From Balanoglossus misakiensis (Eukaryota > Animalia > Hemichordata), in the NCBI GenBank assembly GCA_040954595.2, contig CM082581.2:8020059-8084058 (forward strand): DNA of 64,000 bases, written 5' to 3'. A model generated the notes under the pieces. The model was given only the letters and a program-made list of their open reading frames with translations. It searched no databases and was not told the DNA's origin. The position numbers and the translations under genes were made by a program. How positions within the stretch are numbered: the first letter of the stretch is position 1; each line of letters begins with the position of its first letter. Below, one piece after another: positions 1 to 12,944 of this stretch.

Positions 1-2995
1 TTTGCTTAGCTGTATGATACTGGAGTCTCCTTTTTAACACGATTTCAAAATTATCTGCAACACAGTTGGCAAAAAAACACGTTTGTGAAGAAGCGTTCTC
101 TGGTACTTGGGTGCACGTGTTTATATATAACATTCCTATACACGATATAATCGCCAATATTATTTCTTCATTTCAATGGCTATTATTGTCCCATGTTGTC
201 TATTTTCACGGTAAATAATTAACTGCCACCTTAACAAACTAACGAATGCGTAAAGACATGCGAGAAACGGCTTGTACGTAAGCATAGCAAATGAGTTCCA
301 TATGTGAGAGACGCCGTGAGAGTTTACTGTCGTTTCTGGGTTGAATTGGAACTTTCTTGTGGTGGTATCGAAACCTTATTAGAAGATGAATTCAATAATT
401 AAAATTTACAATTAGGCAGTCAAATTGGGTGCGGTATTCCGCAGGACGCGTCAAGATGAAAATTATACTTAATTAAAACTAATTCCAGGATATTGCTAGG
501 TTAGCAGAATTAAGTCCTATGCATATAAAAGTAACTATTTCAAAACGTCCTTAAAATCTGTATATTTTCGTCATATCGCGTGATTAGGTGAAATACCGAC
601 TGCTTTATATTAAACAACCCAACAGTTATAATTGTTTAGGTATCGCTCAGCTACATGGTGCGTGCGTTTTGAAAGATTATTGAATCCGGTGACACAAAAG
701 CTTTCAATTTTTCAAACTGAGTAATCTGAATCGTTTTACGTTTATTTTACTGGAGCGATTAACATGTGAACGCGAGATGTTTGATCGCCCTGGCCAGACA
801 ACAGTCGGCTAGTTCAAGCGTCAACGGCAAAACGACAGCACACGTGTCGTTTTGGTTTCTGCTCATCCGATACGGTGGCTAGACCGGCCAGTGAAAACAC
901 TGGAAATATAAATTTATTACAGGAACGTCGGGTTTCATAACAAGCCCCGGCTCTACGGGAAATTCAGCGAACGGTGCAAGAAAATAATCAAGCGTGCAGT
1001 AGGAAACCCGATCGAAAGCCAACATTTTCCCCAGCTACGATGCGTACACGCGGATTCACTTTCCGACTTTATGGTTTGAGTCGACTTGACGGCAAGCGCT
1101 TCTACACAACCTCTTCCATTGTGGCCTTAATTGTACGTTTTTTCAACTCCAATTTAGCACGCCATAAAACTCAAGCGAAAAAAAAAAGACGCGACGGCTG
1201 ATGTCGCTGATTATCCTGCGTTCCGCGAGCAATCTACTCTCTGGCAAGCGTATCTGACCTTTTGGAGATAGGCAGTGCGAGAGCGCCACATCGTTTATAT
1301 CAACGCATACAATGGAAACCCGGGTCCCCGCCACAAATTTTCCCACAAATCACCAGCACGATCCCCGAGTGCAATCCGGCGACAAGCAAATCCCAATTTT
1401 CGCGCAAATTATGACATTAAAAGACCCCTCCAGTGATGTTACCGGGGTCAAAAGTGTCGCCCTTAATAGGGAATTTATTTGCCATTTCCGACGTCATCAT
1501 CCCAACCGGCTTCATTAATAACTACTCCACGGTTGTCTATGTCTGCCAATTTCGACATTTTTTTCTGGAAATCGTCGTCAGATATGCTCAAATTGGTGGC
1601 AATGTCACGGAACTGGTTTCTTGAATGCGTGACTCGAGATCGCCAGTGTTCGCTCTTTGAGCGCTTTTATCAGAATTGAATCGCGCACTTTGTGGCAAAT
1701 CGTCGAGTTTTTCAACATCTCTTTCGGGCTATTAGTTCGTCGATGGATGAGAAAGGGATAGTACGGGACCGATAAAAAGAAAATCACAGTTCGCGGAAAG
1801 TTCGCTCGGAGCCATTCAGCGTACATGTACTTTTATCCGCGCTTTGTTTGCATCTATATTTAAAGAATTAGGCTTCGAGCCGTTTGACACATAAAATCGA
1901 ATTCGGAAGGGCACGTTTATGAAATAAATCGGTGAAATAAGGGGTCCCTGCACAACACATATGCTGTCTTTGCTTAATTACCTTTATTTCAATTTATATG
2001 TCATGATGACTTATGCCTCTTTTAAAAAGTGCGTTGCTTAATTCAATTCACTCTTTCTAAGTTAACCAAACTTCATAATTCGCGTGTGATAGAAGGGGGT
2101 GTACAAAAATTATTTTTGAGTTATAGCTAAACTGAAGCCGACTTAAATCAGTCAACGTCGATCATGTACAAATAACGTTTTCTTCTGAGAAGAAAGTCGT
2201 TTGTAGTGTGTCTCCCTAGTTGTTTTTTTCAAATACATTTGATGATGCTAAAAGTTAGATATTTTCGAGGTAATTTATATGCATGATTTCTTACTACCCA
2301 ATCTGAATCTTGCCTGACAGACAGCCGTCAATGACGTATTCCTCAATCAATCTCGCAGATAAGCGCTGACTTGTTCAGCGACGCTATAACCCTACAAGAT
2401 GAAGGGCTCTCCCGGAGTCTGGAAATCCCAGATTGAACGTAACACAGTCGTAATTAAATTTTAGCTCGTGTACACTTCGGTCAGCGACGAAGCCACAAGT
2501 CGGGGTGACCGCCCAAAGTGCGATACCGTCCCCCATTGACGGACAACTAATACGTCTTTTTAGGGGCCTTTGAGAGACAATTATATCGCAGCGGGGTTTC
2601 TATCAATAAAAATTAAACGACACTTTATCACAGGAGGGGGAGATTGCATCCACTGTACACCAATTTCACCATAAAAGCGCCGCGGGCGTCCGGTAGATTA
2701 AAATACGCCCCGTGTATTAGTGGAAGGGTCGAGAGTGGCAAATACTTCGGCGGGTATTAGTGATGCGAGCTCACCGCTGTTTCGCATCTGTCAACTCGGA
2801 ATTGTGCTCAAACATTCAAACATTCACAAAAGACGGGGTCCTCTCGTTATAGGCAAAGTCGTAATATATGTATGTCTGCCCTTCTCACTCGCGAGATAGT
2901 GATAGTGAACGTCACGTTAAGTCAAAACGGATGCTTTAAGATTAAAATGGCAGTGATCATAAGCTTTAGAAGTTTCAGTTGTACATATATTGCCA

Positions 2996-2997
<2 letters not shown>

Positions 2998-3086
<89 letters not shown>

Positions 3087-3174
3087 CCATCATCATCACT
3101 ACCACTACCACCAATAACAACACAATACACCCGCCATCGAAGTCACTATCGCAAACATGATCATCACCAACATC
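2998..3174. repeat. (CAT)n microsatellite plus 78-bp flank (copy A)
   Basis: About 30 CAT units; flank 3097-3174 matches 7932-8009 at 74/78. Confidence 0.95.
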
Positions 3175-6144
3175 GTGAGTTCACCATTTTAATACTTTCG
3201 CCATCCAAGAGATTAACGAAAACCGCAGTCTTCAGAGAAGCCCTGAACACAGTTAAACTCGAATACAGAAATCTCACAGTGCTGCAAAATCACCACCTTC
3301 CCATCATGGTCGAGATCCAAACTTTGATATTGTGTCATTACCTTTTTTCGGTAAGATTTCTCTTAGCCACACCCTGCACGATTTATGTTATTAAATGATA
3401 TCCTTTTCCCATCAGTAATGAAACGTGTTTATTTCTCGTCGCCGCGGCTTTATCTGAATATAATGGCTAAACCGTCACGCTGTTTTGCACCAAATTTAGC
3501 TTCCTGACTGAAAACGTCACCGCTCAGTAACGATTTTTCGCGATCACATATAGGTATCTTTGGAATACACGGCGGAACAGGGAATACAATAGGCGCAGTT
3601 GTGGTGTGTTTTTTCTCTTTCACGTGGGAGGATGAATCAGTGATAGGTCGTGAGAACATAGACGACCGTCCGTCCTGCCCCCTTTACCGTGTAAAAAAGT
3701 CACGACACTCCGAATTGATTTTTGCAGTGACTCGTCCAATCTCGGACATGTACCCCCTTGTAGCAAACAGGGCCACCAATTAGGGCTGGCGTCAGACGTT
3801 TTGTGCTTTGTATTTGTCTTCTGATAGATATTATTACAAACGGGATTCTGAAGTGTATATTCAGTATAGGGTGACCAAATGCCACGGAAAACATCGACGC
3901 TTCTGGGCATTAAGTAAAATGTAAAAAACCCACGAATTAGGCGCACAAAGGAAATAATTGTCGCTACAGAATTTTAAAAGTTTAACTGGGTATTTATTTT
4001 GATATTAAATTTCGCTGAATTTTAGTTACCTGTGGAATCGGGGGAGCTCGCGGTGGGAGGGGGGGGGGGGTATTTTATAGCCGCGGCTTATTGGATAAGC
4101 TGTCGGTCGAATCCCTCCCCCACTCGATGAAAAGTGAAATTCTGGATAATTGGTCGATGAAGTTTTTTGAAACAGGGAGATACACATACCGGGGCCTTTA
4201 ATAGAGAACTGTGAAATCTGCCGTGTTCTGCTGCTTGACACGCATTAACCCCGGGGTGCTCTGGCCCTCCTTGTGGAGCCTTAAGTGCCGTCTACGTACA
4301 ATTGAGTTCTATTGTGCCACTGAACAGCCCTGCTGCTCTAAACGTAAAACCAACTTGAGAAAACAACAAAAAAGGCAACAAAGAGCCACAACAAGCCGGA
4401 CAAATAGGGGGTAGGACATAATAATCACGTCGGCTATCTGTGGGCTTTTTTTTCTGTATCGTCTTTATAATATTAACGAGATCAAGAGAGGTAATCTGCC
4501 TAGGGGAGGGGAGGGGTGGGATACGTGAACACTAGACATCTCATGACACTGGTGGCTGCAGTGTGCCTAGCGGAGCGTCAGACTGCAATTGTACATAGAA
4601 AAGGCCTAGTGGGTAAAGCATCGTATGCTTCCATGTAATTAACTCCCGCGGTTGCTCGGCCATGACTATCGGTGACGCGTACCTGGCTTGGGCGCTGCCG
4701 CTTCTATCGTCAGCTCGGCTTTCTGGTTTCCTGAGCGCTAAGCCGGACAGCAGGCTGGCGTCGAGCTAATGTGTAATGTATCGGATGGAGAGCATACCAG
4801 CTACACCTTGGCTGGCCCAAACCATACGTGTTTGTGCCCAGGAATTCAGACTTGCAGACAGCGCGTCTCCAATCGGCGTTCGGGATCATTTATCGGGCCT
4901 AGCCTATCGTCGTCATCCGCGATCTGCATATATTAAGGCCCCGACTGGCATGGTTTACCAACCCATGGCGCTTAGGCACGGACCATTTAGAATTCAGGAG
5001 CTTGTGCAACCCGGTCCTGTTCGGTTGCGTTTCAAAGATCTTGTTTTCTCAAACACACTGAATAACACAATTGTGAAGGGTCCATCAGACCTCCTCGCCA
5101 AGGATTTCTCCCTCTTTAATTTCTTCCTCAACCCAAACGAAAACCTAAGAGGCGGTTAAGAAGCAATCCCCCCACTTCCCCGACGCTTCAGCATTTTTGA
5201 CTCAGCTAATTGAGTTTGTCCTAGACAACGATGAAAAGGGCTTGAATGGGATTTCTCTAAGAGCTCCAACAATGTCCAACGCTGGGGCAGCCACTGACTT
5301 AAAATTTCTACGATAGTAATGCCACTCATTCGTGCAATTTTGATGGGCGCATTTGCGAAGAATATAACTGCTTGAAGGTGAAACCCTAGCCGAGTATTGC
5401 GGCTCTCCCGTTCGAATTTCATCTTTATTTTTTTGACTGACAGGGGCTGGAGACCCATTCCGGCCACTCTACCTATACGGGGCCATTGTTTGTTTAATGT
5501 ATCTGTTTTGAAAGTTTTCGGACATGTTTGGGCGATCTGATCTTTAAAAGTGCGTGGCGCCGTCTGAGGCATTGTTCGTTCTCCTCCATGCTTTCCCCGT
5601 AGCACTCCCACAGTCAGTGAAAGTTACAAAGCTGGCGAGCGCAGGTGGTACATGTCCATTTCTATGGCGAAGAAGGGGCTGCAGAAACCCGAGTCAACCC
5701 TCCGCTCTCCTCAAACGACACTTGATTTCCCCACTTCAGGCCTAATTCGTTTACTTCGAACACTTATGTCGTTTATCGAACTTTTCTTGCAACGTTTTCT
5801 CGACATCCTAGACTAAGAGATTACTCAAATTATCTCATCGAGTTGGACTCTTGAAAACTCGTCCGCCTGAAGTGCCAGGCCCTTGTCAATTTCACCAACG
5901 CCGTATTATGATATAATAATAAGACCAAGACAGACTGCTATTCAGCACATGTCGTCTGTCGTCGTACTTTTTCGAGTAGAAGGCTGAATTTGTTATTTTG
6001 TTATCAATTTTAATGTTACTTTCGTTTCGCATATATGTTTGGTTTCCCTAAAATTAAGCTTAATCACGACAACCGTATAATCTTAGAGTATACATTATAT
6101 TAACGAGTCGTGAAACGTGCAAATTATAAAATTACATACTACAT

Positions 6145-6242
6145 GTATGTCTGTCTGTCTGTCTGTCTGTCTGCCTGCCTGCCTGTCTTTATTTCTCTCT
6201 ATACCCTTCCACTCATCCACCCCATCAACCTATCCATCCATC
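6145..6242. repeat. Compound (GTCT)n/(GCCT)n/(CCAT)n low-complexity tract
   Basis: Short tetranucleotide runs visible. Confidence 0.75.
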
Positions 6243-7804
6243 AAATTCTGCACGACACGCTCTGAGAACCGAGCAATGAGAAGTGTTTTCTATTTGTCGT
6301 TTTCTATATTCATGTGATTGCTTTTGTGAGATCACGTGTATGTAGGTCCAATCGTTGAATGAAGACGAATATTAACGCTTGGCAAGCGACACCAAGTTAG
6401 AATATGGCTGTCGTTGAGTGAAGATAAATGCAAAATTAATGCTTTGCTACTTTAATCACGGCGTGTGTGGTATTATTATAAATAAGCGTTCTGCGTGCAT
6501 CACACAATTTAATATAGAAATAAGTTTCGGCTAAGGATTTCAGTAGAATCATAGTCGTGCATCTGTCACAGTTACTCGCAACGCGCATTTTTTCAGTTCA
6601 CCTACTTGCGCGATTAGTAAATTGCCCTTTCCACCTGACTTCCCGATCTTATATTATCCTTTCCAAAGTTGTATGATTTTATAATGAGACGGCGAAAAGC
6701 TTCAGAAAGAAGTGAAATAGTTTGTGTCTTTAATCACACGTACTTTGTCCTTAGGCGCTTTCTTGTTATTTCAAGGTACATGAAATATAAGCCATGACAT
6801 TATTGATTAGTGATTAAAAATCATGTTTTCCGCTGCAACACGTATCTGTTTCATAAGAAAGTACATGTATATCCGTTCACACAAAGGACTACAATACGAA
6901 CGGCGCTGACCGATTGGCTTAAAGGCCCGGTAGTCAAAAGTACATGTACGTACTACATAAACTATTAAAATCTAGTTTCACTGTCTGTAGCCTTCATTGA
7001 TAATAGTCTCTTTGCCTTCTCACTGTAACGTGGAGTTGAGTTGAAATAAAAGTAGTGGAAGAAGCAGTGAAACTTTCACATGATGCACTAGATTTATGTG
7101 TGAATTGGGCGAGATGATTATGTCAGAGAGTCTGAGGAATTCAGTAGCCGCATAATAGCCACTCACCCCCAGATCTGGGGAAGAATCAATTATGGGAAGG
7201 ATCGTGGGGTCAGCTTAATGAGAATAAAGGGTATACGTGAAAATAAAACAGGCAATTTAAACTGATTTATCTCCCAGGAAAAACGCAACGGCATTTCCAA
7301 AATGTTCTATGGTTTTGTTCGGAATAGTTTACTCAAACTGTCACGCGGGCAATATGCTTTGACTCCATTTTGCTGCTTTAAATACATGTGTACCGCGTAG
7401 CTTGAGTTGAGTAATGTACTCTTTCTTAGATGTAGGCGTAAATGTGAATGTTGTCAGATGAATGAGTTTCACAGAAATGATATTTTTGAAGGAAATAAAA
7501 ACATACGACGAACAGCACGTGAAGTTTGGGAAAGTTTACAAAGAAATGAAACGAAATCCGTTCACGTGTTTTGCATCCTCCGTCTGGCTTGATCGATAGC
7601 AGTAGCACCGAAAACCCAGCACCGTGATTAGACACGCACGGTTTCTATATTTTTCAACGCCAGACTTGACATCGGGAACTCCCCGCTGACCGACACGATA
7701 AGAAAAGCGTTGACCCCGTACTCTATGTAGAATGACCGTTCTCGGCAACATCAGCGAATGCGTGCAGACTGTCCCAGAATATTGCAAATTCCATTTCAGA
7801 TCAC

Positions 7805-8009
<205 letters not shown>

Positions 8010-9227
8010 ATCATTGTAGGTATTTCCTGTGTTGAACTTGGCCAGAATAAGATTCATTTTTGTGAAAATTTCATCATTTTACAAACAGCTTCGAACGACG
8101 ATAAATGGCTGACGGGAAACGGCGTTTTGTTTTATGTAACGGCCCGAAATTGGTTATATTTGATCTCATGTATGATAGATGTCTGTGTTCATGCACCGAT
8201 GCCAACTGTGCCAGATTTGCCGAGCGTCTTTGCGGCGACTGAGTGTGAAACCCTCACCACTCCGCGTGTACGTACGTATAACCGAGAGCTCTTCAACGTT
8301 TCATATGGCGAAAATATTTCTGTAACAAAGAAAGATTTTCCCCGCGGCTAAGCGATCGGATGTCGCGTGTTTCAATTTAATGGTCTCGGAGACGCAGCGA
8401 AAAAAAAAACTGGACACTGCAAGGACTATCCGCGCTGGATCGGGATTACCTCCCGCTTACTTAAAAGATGGAAATCCTTTCCTTGGATGTTGTTTTTGCG
8501 CTGAAAGCCCAGAAAGCGTTATTCAAACAAGTCTCTTTACTTTGTGCATTTAAGGAAGTGTCGCTGAAAAGTTATTCCAGGCTGTCAATTTGTGGCGTTT
8601 GATGATCAGTTTGTGCCTCGGATCAGAGTGGTCTGAGATGAGTAATATCTGATCGCAAATATACAAACAGCAAACTTTACTGTTAACTACAAGCGCGTCG
8701 CGTGGACGTGAGGACAGACAGGTCTTTCCGCTAATGACTGCTGCTTTCTGACGATCGAAATTAATCTCATCGGTACCTTCGGTGCCAGAAATGTAAAACG
8801 TGTTTTAAAACACCAAATACCGATCGCCGAAATAACGCTGGTGCGATACAGCCAACGTCTGGTACTCGCGTCTCCAAAGTCGAAAACTTCTCAAAACATT
8901 TTGGTTTCGGGTTGCTTTTAAGCCCTCTAGTATCCTCTTATCTGATGACTTCATACCTCGATTAGAGATCGTGTTTTGCTGTGTCCGAGTTTCCTATTCG
9001 TTTAAAAACGCCTTTCAGGCAAAATGGGGGACCCTCCCAAGTACTTAGCCGACCGCGGTGGCGCGGCTGTTATCAGCCCCTCATCCCGAAGTGAGCAATT
9101 TCCAATCTAAACTTAAGCTCTTTCTGAAAAGTAACCGTCTGGGTAGTCGAGCACATTGGTGCGTGCTATGTAACATTTTAATTTAAGAAAAGGCAATTGA
9201 CTGTACATCCTGGTGATGTGAGCTATC

Positions 9228-9307
9228 GCTCTCTCTCTCTCTCTCTCCCTCTTCCCCCTCTCTCTCTCTCCCTCTTCCCCCCCTCTCTCTTTCTCTTTCT
9301 CTCTCTC
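9228..9307. repeat. (CT)n / pyrimidine-rich microsatellite
   Basis: About 80 bp of interrupted CT repeats. Confidence 0.9.
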
Positions 9308-9329
9308 CGAGGAGACCACATAAAACCAC

Positions 9330-10421
9330 TTTTTGGGTCCCATTGGTATGTACCATGGGACCTTATGGGATCGGTTGCGTCTGTATGTATGTATGGATGT
9401 ATGTATGTATGTATGTATGGATGAATGTCTGTATGTCCGTCCACATCAAAAACTTGAAAACCGCTGCGTGTATCACCTTGATATTTGGTTTGCTGATGCA
9501 GGCTGGGCTGTAGATGGGAGTTTGTTCAAATGAAGTTGTCATTGCCAAAAATATGCAAATTAGCTGGGAAAATGTTAATTTGGTCAAAACTCAGTAACTC
9601 AAGAACTACTGGTCAGTGTATGTACAGTACATGTGCCATTGGCAGCTTATGGGTCAGTCAGTGTTTGCCCATTGAGCAAAGTTGAACTTCATTGGAGAAA
9701 AGAAGAACCACTCCCGTCGGTCTTAATTTGCATTTTAACACTTTATTTTGCATTTCAATACTTGATTTAAATATGAGAACAGCCTAACAGTTTTGTCTCA
9801 CTGTAGTAAAAGTTTTGGACCTAGAAATATAAATAGTTTGTGTCCATGAGTTCGTATTGGGGATGTGTTAGCACTCTGGGCACCGTACTCCTCACGGGAT
9901 CTGTTAACGCAGGTCAGTGCAACACACCCCAAGCTTTTCTATCGCCGATATTAGATTGTTGTTGGGTCCCATTGGTATGTAAAACGGGACCCAACAACAA
10001 TCTTATATCGGCTCGGTTGCGTCTGTATGTATGGATGTCTGTATGTTCGTCCACATCAAAAACTTGAAAACTGCTGCGTGTATCACCTTGATACTCAGTG
10101 TGCTGATGCAGGCTCGGCTGTAGATGGGAGTTTGTTCAAATGAAGTTGTCATTGCCTAAAATATGCAAATTAGCTGGAAAAATGTTAATTTGGTCAAAAC
10201 TCAGTAACTCAAGTTTTAAAGAGGCCAGCTGTTCTATTTAGTGTATGTACAGTACATATGCCATTGGCAGCATATGGGGCAGTCAGTGTTTGCCCATTGA
10301 CCTCTCGCTATGTGTGTGTGTGTGTCTGTCTGGCTGTATATGGCCATGTACTTCGGTGTAGACTTTTTCTTGTGTAATCACTCAATGGGACCACCGTGTC
10401 CTTGACGCGATTTTTTCTACT
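9330..10421 (+). mobile_element. Non-autonomous Helentron-type element (HINE/DINE-1-like) with a duplicated 5' half
   Basis: T-run, subTIR GGGTCCCATTG (9335), short inverted copy ATGGGACC (9355), (GTAT)n; 3' subTIR CAATGGGACC (10383), hairpin CGTGTC-CTT-GACGCG (10395-10409), T-run. About 9334-9676 is repeated at about 9963-10300. Confidence 0.72.
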
Positions 10422-11478
10422 TTGCGTCGGATTCAGCTGCCCGCTTTATTTGTCTGATAACGGAAAACTTTTCCACGTTTCTCGTTATCTTCCACAAATT
10501 ACCTTATTCGAATATCTCTAACGGTTCTATTGAAGTGTCATGCATTTGTCCTCAAACACGTAAACCAATTTAACTAGAACTGTCAGTTGACCAAAAGAAC
10601 GCCAATACTTATAGCGTACATCTGCAACTTGCAGGTTTTCTCTAGAAAACTAATAAAATGCCCTGTTTTGCAGTTTTAACTTTGTACATGTACAATTTGG
10701 TGATTGAACGGCGGGATTCTGACTTACTGTGGAACAGATAATTCGATTTGAAGTGTAAAATGTAGCTTCGTTCCTTGGGTTGGATACTGTTTTTATCTCC
10801 AGATGATTATCTGTTATTCCAGTAATTATGGATTTTCGTTTGGTTAAATTAATTAATTGGTCAGTTGGCTGTGGAATTTGTACGTTGCCTTCAATTCAGA
10901 CAGTTTTCCTACAACCTTCAATTCCATTATTCTCGGCATTTTAAATAATGAAAATATTTGGTGCGTCGCGTCTGTTTCAGATAAGGGGGACGGGAGAAGA
11001 ATTCCTTTTTGGAAATCGATTGGAACTAATTTGAGATCAGACTACGGAGTCTCGGGCGAGTCCCGGGCACAGGACGTTGAATCCGCCGGGAGGGGGACTG
11101 CGTCTACGTTCAAATCCGGGGGCCCGATTTTGACATTCGGGATGGGGTGGTGACAATTAAGCTTAATTGAAGAAATCAAAATAAATGTTGACTTAAGTCT
11201 GAAGTGCACCCACTCGTTTGCTTGGTGCTCCGAGCGACCACAATGGGCAGAAGGGGTGTGCAGGGTCGCAGTATCAAATAGAGTCGTTAGCACGCAATTG
11301 TTGGAGAGCACTGAGAAAAACGGTGCTGCGGTGGACCAAACATCATTTACTTAAGCAAATGGAGGGATCATATGAGCTAAACAAAACTGACAGCGAGCGG
11401 CTCCGAGCTAAGTGCCCGATACTAGAAGTAATTGATTGCGATGTATATACTGTCAGCGAAAGTCGTCTACCGGGGGGA

Positions 11479-11703
11479 ATTGGCCAATCACCGGGCGAGC
11501 TACGTGAGACTCAGGCTCGGTGGAACCACTTGTCTTGCAGGCATTCTATAGACCCCCCATCTCATAGGGATCGTGTTTCACCCCTTGGCGCTAGTGGTTA
11601 CGCCCAGACAAGTATTAAACCGCCCCATTACAATGTAGGAGGGACGTCTAACGTTATATGATACGGTGCCCACTGACAGACGACGGCAGCTAGTTTTTAA
11701 ATA
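11479..11703 (+). promoter_or_regulatory. Candidate NK4 core promoter (palindromic ATTGGCCAAT at 11479-11488, TATA-like TTTAAATA at 11696-11703)
   Basis: Motif matches at plausible distances upstream of the ATG; no transcript evidence. Confidence 0.35.
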
Positions 11704-11841
11704 GGGGGGACTCTCTGACAAGTTGAGCAGTTACCTTAGAGTTCACGTTCCATCAGTCATATCTTTCCACGGTGTATGTTTACCTCAGAGGGGTCCCTGC
11801 ATGCGCTCGTTACGCCCGCTGGGTAGCCGCTAAGACCGACA

Positions 11842-12277
11842 ATGCTCGCTACTTCTATGGCCAATAACACCCCTTTCTCTGTTAAGGACATACTGAATCT
11901 GGCCGAGCAACAGCACTATCAACACCACAGCCAACAAGCTATGATGGAGTCAGCCCACCACGACCTGAAATCGCTGTGCCTGCCGCTGGACACCGAGCTG
12001 GCGGCGCACGCGGGAGCCGTCCAGGACACTATGGACATTTCCCTGTCGCAGGCGAACATTTACAGCAGTCACCATCACCACCACAACCACCAACAACAAC
12101 TACATGTACAACAGCAGCAGCAACACCACCACCATCATCACAACAACAACCACCACCAGCAGCAGCAACAACAGCAGCAGCACCCATCCTCGAGCAATAC
12201 CGCCACCAGCACCGCCAGTATCATGTCGGACTTGATCAAACCCGACTCGAGCCGAGAGGAAGTCCCCATCGAGACTT
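11842..12277 (+). CDS. NK4: NK4 (tinman/Nkx2-5-type) homeobox gene, coding exon 1
   Basis: ATG at 11842; TN/eh1 motif TPFSVKDILNL near the N-terminus; His/Gln-rich tract; ends at donor T|GTAAGT (GT at 12278), phase 1. Confidence 0.93.
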
Positions 12278-12944
12278 GTAAGTGTTACCCAAGACGTTCC
12301 AAACGAGGTCCGTCACGAGAGCACTCGTCGACAGAGCCGCGGGGGTTAATCAAATTATGGGTCGTATTCCTATGGAAAAGAAACTTCACTGAATCTGAAT
12401 AATAGCTACGTTAAAAGGCCATAAAGAAAAGTGGTTAGAGATTTGTAAGAGCCAATTTGTGTCATGCAGTCAATAAGGGGGTAGATGTAATGAAATTTTA
12501 TGCTGTTGAATGATTCCTTAAGAGCAATTCGAAGAAGTCCTTTATATGATATATCTTCTTTTGAACAACTTCAATTCCTCAGCACAACAGAAATCTAAAG
12601 TGAAGTATACCGGGAAAGTCTTCGTTCTAGAGATTTTTTAAAAACAATGATTACTAAGTACCATTGCTGAAAGTCAACATTTTACATGTCTCCATTTTTA
12701 CTACCAAGCCAACATTTTGTTTTCGTTTCTGACAGGATATTAGTCACAAAGCTATGTCTTAAAGATTGCCTGACTCAGACCAAATGACTTCCCGATATTT
12801 GACGGGATGGAACTTCGTTCCTCTGTGAAGTTGTTTAGGTCCCAAATGTTGAGTACGATAATTGTTGGATATATTCCTTGTTAACAATGACATATTTCTC
12901 AATTGATCAAATAGTTGAATATCTTTTTTTGTTGTGTTCTACAG
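12278..12944 (+). other. NK4 intron (667 bp, phase 1)
   Basis: GTAAGT donor; T-rich tract and TACAG acceptor ending 12944; joining T+CC (Ser) keeps the homeobox frame, whereas the nearby CAG at 12946-12948 would not. Confidence 0.88.

Noticed and set aside
2872-3398. Poly-His/Ser/Met/Ile ORFs (also 7536-8057 and 21975-22208)
   Set aside because: Translations of (CAT)n/(GAT)n microsatellites
4026-4100. Minus-strand TATAAAA followed by a CAG|GTAAC donor-like site
   Set aside because: Implied exon would be only about 20 nt and no downstream exon could be identified
12278-12402. Extension of the NK4 exon-1 ORF to 12402, and of the exon-2 ORF back to 12878
   Set aside because: Read-through into intron beyond strong in-phase splice sites
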